Source of the DNA: Oopsacas minuta
Lineage: Eukaryota > Animalia > Porifera
Reading direction: 5' to 3'
Length of the DNA: 64,000 nucleotides
Assembly (NCBI GenBank): GCA_024704765.1
Contig: JAKMXF010000300.1
Span: forward strand, 62,001 to 126,000
Shown: positions 56,306-64,000 of the stretch, piece by piece
Position numbering within the stretch: position 1 is the first letter of the stretch
Layout: every line of letters begins with the position of its first letter
Program-made: the position numbers and the translations under genes
The notes under the pieces: model-generated
Seen by the model: only the letters and a program-made list of their open reading frames with translations
What the model was told of the DNA's origin: nothing
Databases searched by the model: none

Positions 56306-58414
56306 TCATTTAGTTTCTGGTTGATGTAATGCCATCATTTCCTTTGCAATTCCCTGCAAATTTTCATTCTTGCCTTCAAAATTCTTAATCTCAAGTTCTA
56401 GATCAGATAATTCCATTTTCTTAGTACGTAATTCAGTTTTCAACACAATCAACTTTTGATTGTATTCTCGCTCATAAACTCCGTGCCATTTGTTTGCATC
56501 TTTTAGTTTTGTCATAACTTTATCTTCTAAATGATAGTATCTAGTCTCGCTTTCATTAGCTGTTTTAGCTGTTTTGTTTATTTCCATAGTCAGCTGGGAT
56601 ATTCTGTTCAGATTCAGCTGAATTGAATCGGAAGCTTCGCTTATTTTAGTTTGGAAATTAGCAAGAGTGTTTGTCATTTCATCAAGTTCTGAAACAACAC
56701 GACATTTCCTAGTTTGAAATCTCTCCGTATCTTCAACTATTTCTTCCATTCGTTCTTCTACATTATCAATCGTTTTGAGTCCGTCCAGAGATTCTTCTCT
56801 CAGATCATCTCTCCTATCTCTGAGTAGACTAAAATTAGCTTGAATAGCTTGGTACAATCCTTCAATTCGCGTTCTGCCACTCGTAACAGTGGAAAGAGAT
56901 AGTTTTTCTTCATCTTTAATTTTGTGTAACTCATCTTCTTTCACTTTCATCATATAACAAGATTTTTTACGTTCATCCTCAATCAAGTCGGTCAATCCCG
57001 CTTTCTCAATCGCGAGTAATTCATTTCTTTGATTATCAGAGTATTTGACCTTTGATCTCAGCTCTTGTTTAACCCTCTTTACCTCAGCATTGACCTCGCT
57101 AGCTGTATAGCAGAGTGCACTAGTATAAGAATTGGAGGATAATAGTACATCATTAGCTGGTTTATCAAGATACACAGGCAAGGCTTGACTGTTGTTAGTC
57201 TCAGTGTCTTGTAGTTTGAGTGTAGATTTAGGATTTCTAGGTGTTTGCTGCTGCTTTTTGGGTGGAGTAGAGAATGTTAGAAGATTCGCGTTTTTGATAT
57301 TTTTCGCAGTAATATCAGAGTTGTGATGCGGATTATCTGGATTAGAGAGTTGACTATTTCGCCTCAACAATTCGCTATGTGGAATCGCCTGTTGGGTGAG
57401 AGGGTCGAACCGCGTGAACAAACTCTCTCTCGCCATGTTAGGGTCGTGTATACCAATATCAAGATCTTCCAAATACTCTAGGGCTAAGTCAACTTCATGC
57501 GAAGGACGAAATTCCTCATTCTCAAATGAGTAACTAGATTGGCTAGAATCTGTTGGAAGTGGACAATTTATATCTTTTTCATCAAAATGTATTGGATCAG
57601 TAATGAAAAAATCCTGGCCAAAATTATCAACATTTTTCAGATTACTATTGTTGGAATTCGGTTTACTGATAGGAGATGAAATATCTGGAGGTTTAGCATT
57701 GATATACTCTTCATTCGTAGATTCGTAATCTTCTCCAGATGTCAGTCCATCTCCCTGTATTTCATCTGGGAACTTTGTATGACAAGAACAGAAACTGTTC
57801 TCTTTATTATCAGACAATTCTGAATCTGAACTAGAACAATCAACAATCAATTCTTCCTGCAAGAAATCGATTGATTCAGCTACATTCGGTACATCCTTGG
57901 TGGCAATCTGTGAATCAGGTTTTTCGCAGACAGGTGGTGGCTGACTTGCTAAAGGGTCAAAATTACGGAACAGACTGTCTCGAGGCAAATAATCAATATT
58001 CGGACCTGAATTCAATTGCTCGAAATAACTCAGTTCAAAATCAAAATTAGAAGCAGGTTTGAATTCATTTTCACTCGAGAAATTATTCTCAGTAATATTT
58101 TCGTTATGAAGTTGACCAGTATTCGTATCAACAAGAAGATTACCGAAATCAAGAGGATTCAATGTAGGCAGTGTTGTATTATCTCTTACATCAAGTTCCT
58201 CAGTTAGAATATTATCATGTTCAATTTTGATATGTGAGTCTATGACGTCATTAATAATTTCTATAACTATGCGATTAATGGCTCGGAGATTATTCTTGTG
58301 TTCATGTTTGGTAATTATAGTATTTCGATCTCGCCACTTTTCAAAATCATCAAGTTCGCGGATTTCTTCCCAAGTATTGTTCGGAGAGAAACTTTTGTCA
58401 CATGGTGGTTCCAT
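56306..58414 (-). CDS. TACC: Transforming acidic coiled-coil (TACC) family protein
   Basis: Acidic Ser/Pro-rich N-terminal half; RDSLFRNFDPL and RESLFTRFDPL match the TACC RxSLY.KFDPL motif; ~200-aa C-terminal coiled coil ending KNENLQGIAKEMM. Confidence 0.75.
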   Translation of the reverse strand: MEPPCDKSFSPNNTWEEIRELDDFEKWRDRNTIITKHEHKNNLRAINRIVIEIINDVIDSHIKIEHDNILTEELDVRDNTTLPTLNPLDFGNLLVDTNTGQLHNENITENNFSSENEFKPASNFDFELSYFEQLNSGPNIDYLPRDSLFRNFDPLASQPPPVCEKPDSQIATKDVPNVAESIDFLQEELIVDCSSSDSELSDNKENSFCSCHTKFPDEIQGDGLTSGEDYESTNEEYINAKPPDISSPISKPNSNNSNLKNVDNFGQDFFITDPIHFDEKDINCPLPTDSSQSSYSFENEEFRPSHEVDLALEYLEDLDIGIHDPNMARESLFTRFDPLTQQAIPHSELLRRNSQLSNPDNPHHNSDITAKNIKNANLLTFSTPPKKQQQTPRNPKSTLKLQDTETNNSQALPVYLDKPANDVLLSSNSYTSALCYTASEVNAEVKRVKQELRSKVKYSDNQRNELLAIEKAGLTDLIEDERKKSCYMMKVKEDELHKIKDEEKLSLSTVTSGRTRIEGLYQAIQANFSLLRDRRDDLREESLDGLKTIDNVEERMEEIVEDTERFQTRKCRVVSELDEMTNTLANFQTKISEASDSIQLNLNRISQLTMEINKTAKTANESETRYYHLEDKVMTKLKDANKWHGVYEREYNQKLIVLKTELRTKKMELSDLELEIKNFEGKNENLQGIAKEMMALHQPETK

Positions 58415-58576
58415 AATTCTGATATTTGTAAGCTAAATTGTGAATAAATAGAAACTGACAAATGAAACTATTAAATATATCAGAATACATGGCTTTATTG
58501 TAAACCCATTCGTGTTGTATTAAGGTCATATATATATAGTAGTTGAGTTTGGTGGATTTCAAAATTGACACACAAA

Positions 58577-60235
58577 ATGTCTAAAGATATAATTTCAAAA
58601 TTTTACGGCTCTGAAATAAAATCCACTCACCTGTTACATTACGCAGTAACTTCAAACCAGCCGTTATTAGTCGCTGCTATTCTACACGATCATGACGTCA
58701 ACCAGGTGGAGGTTACGACAGGCTATACCCCTTTACACTGTGCTGCGATACAAGGGTATCCTGACATAGCTATAGCACTTATCAAATCGGGAGCTAATTT
58801 CAATGCAGTAACCTTACAGAAAGAGACGGTATTACATTTAGCATGTAAATCTGCATGTTCTCAACTTGTATTGTATTTGGTAGCAAAAGGAGCTAATATA
58901 AATGATACAGATTCAAAGGGTAGGACACCATTAATGCTAGCTGCTAATAACCGCAATAGTTATGACCTTATACGAATACTTATCAAGTTAAAAGCGAGGG
59001 TGGATGTTTGTGATAAGATTGACAAATCTACTGCACTGCACTATGCTGTGAAGTGTGATAATTCGCCTGCTGTAGCGTATCTAGTTAAAATAGGCCATGC
59101 TTCGGTGATGTCACAGAATAAGAACGGATATTCTCCTTTGATACTCAGCAGTCAGCCTTATGACCAAATTCTAATGCGGGCTACACTTTCAATAGATCCA
59201 TGGTTCAGGAGCAAAGCATTTTCTACTCGTCTATTGAGGATTATACCATGGATATACATTGGGTTTATGGGAATTATACCTTCACTATGTCCTAACCTAG
59301 TGACAACTCTAATAAGCGGTTTTAGCGTCACAATTTTGACAGCTTTGATATTATGGAAATATATCACATTGGTGTATCCGAGACAACCAGCTATGCCTAG
59401 CTTAATGATGGCATATTTATTCTATTTATACGTGTCCAGTTTCACACATAATATACCGGAGAAAATCTCACCTCTTCCATTCGTTATTTTATACGTAATA
59501 AGCACTGTAACTATTCCTGTATGCATGTACTATATGGTAATGGGTGACCCAGGATATATTATTCGTGATAGGAAAGATAACCTCTGCGCTATAGTTAGAA
59601 AATTTGAACAAAATGATTTTAAAATGAATGAATTCTGCACTACTTGTATTCAGTTTAGACCTCTACGCAGTAAGCACTGTAGAACATGTGATAAGTGCGT
59701 GGCTAGATTTGATCATCATTGTCCATGGATTGATAATTGTCTAGGAGAAAGGAATCATTTATTTTTCTGGCTTTTCCTTGCAAACGGGTTAATAAGTCTA
59801 ATTCCGATTATCTATGATGGATTTACGTATTTCTACCAAGTATGTGATGATGACTACAGACAGTCAAGCTTTGTGATACCAAGGTTCTGGTATGCTTATA
59901 ACTGTAGTCCATGGTCCGCTTGGATGGGTAGTCTATTGACACTATTCTACATGTGGATGTTATTCATGTTCGTATTACACACATATACAGTTTTATTGAA
60001 AGGAAAAACGACAAATGAAATGATGAATTCAGACAAGTATAAACGAATGAGGCCTGACTTTGAGAAGGAAAGGAAGTTCTATCATAAAGGGCTGTTTCAG
60101 AACTTTGCTGATTTTACTGGATTAAAATTGTTCAGTTCAGATTTAGAGATAGGAAATTACAGACATCAATATACTGGATTCAGACCAAGAAATATTGATT
60201 GGTATAATATTGAAAAAGTACCAGATGATGAATAG
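58577..60235 (+). CDS. ZDHHC17: Ankyrin-repeat DHHC palmitoyltransferase (HIP14 type)
   Basis: N-terminal ankyrin repeats; FCTTCIQFRPLRSKHCRTCDKCVARFDHHCPWIDNC; TTNEMMN. ATG at 58577. Pro-ortholog of ZDHHC13/17. Confidence 0.9.
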   Translation: MSKDIISKFYGSEIKSTHLLHYAVTSNQPLLVAAILHDHDVNQVEVTTGYTPLHCAAIQGYPDIAIALIKSGANFNAVTLQKETVLHLACKSACSQLVLYLVAKGANINDTDSKGRTPLMLAANNRNSYDLIRILIKLKARVDVCDKIDKSTALHYAVKCDNSPAVAYLVKIGHASVMSQNKNGYSPLILSSQPYDQILMRATLSIDPWFRSKAFSTRLLRIIPWIYIGFMGIIPSLCPNLVTTLISGFSVTILTALILWKYITLVYPRQPAMPSLMMAYLFYLYVSSFTHNIPEKISPLPFVILYVISTVTIPVCMYYMVMGDPGYIIRDRKDNLCAIVRKFEQNDFKMNEFCTTCIQFRPLRSKHCRTCDKCVARFDHHCPWIDNCLGERNHLFFWLFLANGLISLIPIIYDGFTYFYQVCDDDYRQSSFVIPRFWYAYNCSPWSAWMGSLLTLFYMWMLFMFVLHTYTVLLKGKTTNEMMNSDKYKRMRPDFEKERKFYHKGLFQNFADFTGLKLFSSDLEIGNYRHQYTGFRPRNIDWYNIEKVPDDE

Positions 60236-60380
60236 TAATACTTGTAGAGTTGTAGTATAAGAGAAATAAAAACCTATTATGCAGATCCTACTATTGTATC
60301 ACGAATACTTTAAGAAAAAATATAAATTTGAATCTACTTTTAATGATAAAACTGTGATACTAACTACCAGCTGTTACTAA

Positions 60381-60974
60381 TTATACTCTGGGTGCACCAT
60401 ACGCCTCTGGCATTCTCTCAATACTGTATTTCCTCTGGGTAATATACATGATAGGAACTCCAGGGACTTTTCTTATTCTCCGTTTCAGGTCTCTATCACA
60501 AGTAGCTACAATATAGCATTTGTGTTGTGTGACACGATTGACTAAGCAATCGTCAGCGTAGGTACCTTGATGTAGACAGGGTATTCGTTCAAATTGAGGG
60601 TCTTTCGCTATTTTAAGAGCTAGCCGGAATTTCGGACCGAGTTTTTCGAGTTCGCCCATTACGCAATCTGTTATATAAGGAATGCATTTAGCATATAAAC
60701 AATCCATCATAGAATGTAATATGTCAAGTTTGTTTTTGATTGAAAAATTTATGAAATTCGTATCAATTAGTATATGATATGGAGGCCCTAATTGTTCGTT
60801 ATATTTGAAAAATAGGGCAGATGAGTATTTGGGCACATTCTTAACTAATTGGCTTAGTTCCTCTTTCTGTTTCTTTTCGAGTTTTATTTGGTTGGCTTTT
60901 ATACGTGAATCTTTTGGTGAAAGTATTTTCTTCGTTACTGCATACTTTTTCTGCTTTTTTCTTGACTTTCCCAT
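60381..60974 (-). CDS. FCF1: rRNA-processing PIN nuclease FCF1/Utp24
   Basis: [60 protein letters not shown]. Confidence 0.97.
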   Translation of the reverse strand: MGKSRKKQKKYAVTKKILSPKDSRIKANQIKLEKKQKEELSQLVKNVPKYSSALFFKYNEQLGPPYHILIDTNFINFSIKNKLDILHSMMDCLYAKCIPYITDCVMGELEKLGPKFRLALKIAKDPQFERIPCLHQGTYADDCLVNRVTQHKCYIVATCDRDLKRRIRKVPGVPIMYITQRKYSIERMPEAYGAPRV

Positions 60975-61036
60975 TTCAGTGAATAAAAGTTATCAAACTA
61001 TTTAGATGAATAAAATAAAATAGATCTCTTTGGGTA

Positions 61037-61103
61037 CAGCAACAGCGCACCCCCCACAAACGGAGGTGCCAGAGGGGCGCCGAAAAATGCTACCCTGTTA
61101 CTG
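61037..61103. mobile_element. 67-bp hAT-like miniature element upstream of FCF1
   Basis: CAGCAACAGCG ... CCCTGTTACTG (11-bp inverted repeat, 9/11) around a GC-rich GGGGCGCC core. Confidence 0.45.
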
Positions 61104-61422
61104 CTAAATTCCCTGTTTGTGGAGGAACGTTTGTTTGGGACTACGTAGGAATTCGTTCTATTATTTTTCACTCCGTTTCCAGAAGTTTCTCATTACTACA
61201 GCCCCGTTAGTGGCGGTTACACTGTAATAGGAAAATACATATGTGAAAAGATTTAATTAAACGCAATATTATTGCAAAGATATGAAAAATCGGTATAGAA
61301 AGGGTTCCAAAGTTGTACTGTTGTAAGAGTAAAGTTATAATTATCCTAACTGCTATATGTAAGTGTAATGAGTGAAATAAAGTGAATAAAACGAATTGTA
61401 GCTAATCTGTGAGAGAAATGAT

Positions 61423-63339
61423 TTATACATTTTCACCTTCTACGGTCTCAATGTAGTTATCAATGAATGGTTCGATCAGTTTCCAAATTGTTCCATCGCG
61501 TAGTATATCTCTACATTTGTTTATATCAGCAGCCATATAGCGATCTACGTCATAGAAAGGGATGGAGCTCCTTACTAATTTGTGAACAGATTCTAAAGGC
61601 AGATTTGTACGATTTGGTCTAACCAGATCGATCCCTTGACACGCAGCTAGCAGTTCAATAGCTAGCACATATTCTACGTTATCAATTACTTTCAATGCTT
61701 TTCTTGCAGAAGTTCCACCCATTGACACATGATCTTCCTGACCAGCTGATGTAGTAATGCTATCTATACTCGACGGATGACATAACACTTTATTCTCTGA
61801 TACAAGACTACTTGCTGTGACGTGAGCAATCATAAATCCAGAATTCAATCCACTCTCCTTTACCAGAAATCCTGGTAGATCTGATAAATACGGATTAATC
61901 AATTGCTCAATACGACGTTCACTGATAGAAGCTAACTCATGTACAGCAATAGCAAGATAGTCCAGTACTTTAGCTGGGTATTCTCCATGGAAATTGCCAC
62001 CAGATAGAATCTCGTTTTGCTCAGGAAATACATTGGGATTATCAGTTGCACTATTTATTTCTGTCTCAATTATCCCAGACACGAAATCTATGGTATCAGC
62101 TACAATACCATGAACCTGGGGTATACACCGTAGAGAATAAGGATCTTGTACTTTACCACAATTAGCATGTAGTTTGCATATTTCAGAAGGATGTAGGTCA
62201 GAGTGTAATAAAGCTCTCAAACGTTGTGCGCATTTACCTTGACCCTTGTGTGCTCGTATTTTGTGTAGACAGGAACTGAATGGAACTTTAGAACCTGAAT
62301 ACGCTTCCAGTGTTAAAGCCGCGATGACGTCAGCTTGTTGACAGAGTAGTTTAGCACGACACACAGCTTCTGCTCCTAAACTAGATATGAATTGAGTACC
62401 ATTGATAAGACACAGACCTTCTTTAAACATTAGAGTAATAGGGGTCAATTTATTAGCCGATAAAACATCTCTAGCTTCTCCCCAACCTGTAACAGGACTC
62501 CATAGCTCACCGTTACCCATAAGAGCATGTGATAAATGCGCCAGTGGCGCCAAATCTCCACTAGCCCCAGCTGTTCCCTGCTCAGGGATACGAGGTATAA
62601 TTCCATCATTGAATATCTCAACTAAATGCTGTAGTAATGAGAACGATATTCCACTGTAGCCTTTTGCTAATACATTAATTCTCAATGCAAACATCATTCT
62701 AGTATGTTTCATAGATAAATCAGGGCCTACACCAGCTGAATGGGATAGAATTAAGTTCTCTTGTAGCTGTTTGATTTTTTCATGAGGAATTCTAGTACTA
62801 GCTAATCTACCAAATCCTGTATTTACTCCATATATTGTATCACCTTGTTCTATTCTATATTCGAGGTAATTTCTAGCTAGGTCAATTCGTGTTCTTACTT
62901 CGGGAAATAAAGCGATTTTCTTCTCAAAATCTGAGAGTGACACAAGTTCTGAGATAGACAAGGTGTTTCCGTCAATTTTTATAAATTCTGACTCATTCTT
63001 CGTCTTTTCACGCAATATAATCGTATCGAAGTTAGTTAGGGAGGCAGATAAATCTAACTTATCTCCACTAGCCAAATGCGAAATATCTAGGGTTTCGATT
63101 TTCTCGTTACTTAGCCCATAAGCAAAGTGTATTGCATTCTTCACAGAAATATCATCTTCTAGAGATTTCAAAATTACAGTTTCTAATTTTGGTTTATCTT
63201 TCCCCTTACTATAGAATAATATATTTAAGCTAGTTGATATTTTACCAATCTTTATTTCTGCTTCTTGTTTGTTTGATTGTTCAACCTGAAGGGAGTCATA
63301 TTTGTTATCAACGTGTTCCGGAGAATTTTCGAAATGCAT
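61423..63339 (-). CDS. HAL: Histidine ammonia-lyase with N-terminal extension
   Basis: YGVNTGFG, LQENLILSHSAG, GASGDLAPL (MIO Ala-Ser-Gly), EGLCLINGT, QDPYSLRC, GGNFHGEY, QEDHVSMG. Confidence 0.96.
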   Translation of the reverse strand: MHFENSPEHVDNKYDSLQVEQSNKQEAEIKIGKISTSLNILFYSKGKDKPKLETVILKSLEDDISVKNAIHFAYGLSNEKIETLDISHLASGDKLDLSASLTNFDTIILREKTKNESEFIKIDGNTLSISELVSLSDFEKKIALFPEVRTRIDLARNYLEYRIEQGDTIYGVNTGFGRLASTRIPHEKIKQLQENLILSHSAGVGPDLSMKHTRMMFALRINVLAKGYSGISFSLLQHLVEIFNDGIIPRIPEQGTAGASGDLAPLAHLSHALMGNGELWSPVTGWGEARDVLSANKLTPITLMFKEGLCLINGTQFISSLGAEAVCRAKLLCQQADVIAALTLEAYSGSKVPFSSCLHKIRAHKGQGKCAQRLRALLHSDLHPSEICKLHANCGKVQDPYSLRCIPQVHGIVADTIDFVSGIIETEINSATDNPNVFPEQNEILSGGNFHGEYPAKVLDYLAIAVHELASISERRIEQLINPYLSDLPGFLVKESGLNSGFMIAHVTASSLVSENKVLCHPSSIDSITTSAGQEDHVSMGGTSARKALKVIDNVEYVLAIELLAACQGIDLVRPNRTNLPLESVHKLVRSSIPFYDVDRYMAADINKCRDILRDGTIWKLIEPFIDNYIETVEGENV

Positions 63340-63574
63340 TTAGAAAGTTCCCTAAATTTAGTCAAATGAGATATTACAGATTATATAAAATGGACAATTG
63401 GGCATGACCGTTGGTAGATAATGAAAAGTGGGTTACCTTTTGCCAGGGTCTCACCACTCTCTGGTACATAAGTCACATATAGACAAATGCAGGGAGTGGT
63501 ACCAAAGGTGTTCCCATATACACATGATTTCCAGTTAAAGATTCTAATAAAAGTGACGTAATGACAAACTATTA

Positions 63575-63960
63575 GTAGTGAGCTTAATGTTCCGACCCGA
63601 TGCGCAACCTGTCCGATTACGTAACGGGACCAAGGGCGTAGCAGCAAATGGATTTGAGGGGGCCTGGCAGAATTTTGGGAGGGCAAAGCTTGTCAAAATA
63701 CATTCAGTTTTCAACTAATCCGTAATATAATCAATATTTTTGGAGTCCCCAGCGCTTCGCTCATGAATGGGACTCCCGTTAGGTTACGTAACGGGATGGA
63801 AGTTGGGCATCCGGACAGAATATATATATATATATATATATAGGGATGCGAAAATCGACCAAGATTATCGAAATACAAGAGCGTCCCTAATTCACGGAAC
63901 GGAAACGGACAAGTTTCTTGAAGAAATGTAAAATTCTTCGATTGTAGCACATTTGGCTTT
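63575..63960. mobile_element. Mosaic repeat region upstream of HAL (hAT-like terminus plus hairpin/microsatellite block)
   Basis: TTACGTAACGGGA x2; GGGCGTAGCAGCAA terminus-like motif; GGAGTCCC...GGGACTCC hairpin (63742-63776) around GCGCTTCGC; (TA)11 at 63821-63842. Confidence 0.45.
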
Positions 63961-64000
63961 GTAAATCCTTATTTTTGGTATATACAAACATTGACGTGAA

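Noticed and set aside
61423-63339. HAL as a horizontally acquired hutH
   Set aside because: HAL is a standard animal gene, this copy has the metazoan-type N-terminal extension, and no other hut genes are adjacent.
1-64000. Bacterial or viral origin suggested by intron-free genes and TTG/GTG ORF starts
   Set aside because: Gene content (CACTIN, WRAP53, TACC, LARGE, Rab, ZDHHC17, small Tim) is eukaryotic/animal; the non-ATG starts come from the ORF caller.
1-64000. tRNA, rRNA, snRNA or SL-RNA genes
   Set aside because: No cloverleaf, rRNA or snRNA signature recognised by eye; a covariance-model search (tRNAscan-SE/Infernal) would be needed to exclude them.

Overview
AT-rich animal nuclear DNA with almost intron-free genes. 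I infer a compact-genome non-bilaterian such as a glass sponge (Hexactinellida), but cannot confirm this without a database search. The window has three zones. (1) 1-7.6 kb, all + strand: the 3' part of a sacsin-like/HEPN gene that can be spliced in frame onto an adjacent mono-ADP-ribosyltransferase (PARP) domain, then CACTIN and WRAP53. (2) 7.6-30.4 kb, gene-poor: two PP1-regulator-like ankyrin paralogs sharing a 577-bp near-identical tract, several MITE-like elements, hairpins and decayed ORFs. (3) 30.5-63.3 kb, about 79% coding: 18 single-ORF genes, 16 on the minus strand. They are NME6-like, an atypical Rab, a TRP channel, NDUFAF7, an LRR-EGF receptor, NSUN6, DDX28, a TPR-ANK-JmjC protein, LARGE, an LRR protein, GCKR-like, a small Tim, two orphan 7TM paralogs, TACC, ZDHHC17, FCF1 and HAL. 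The most notable observations are the predicted sacsin-HEPN-PARP fusion and the splice-acceptor-like AG sites just upstream of most start codons in tightly spaced co-directional gene runs, which suggests SL trans-splicing or operon-like organisation. No rRNA, tRNA or CRISPR array was recognised.
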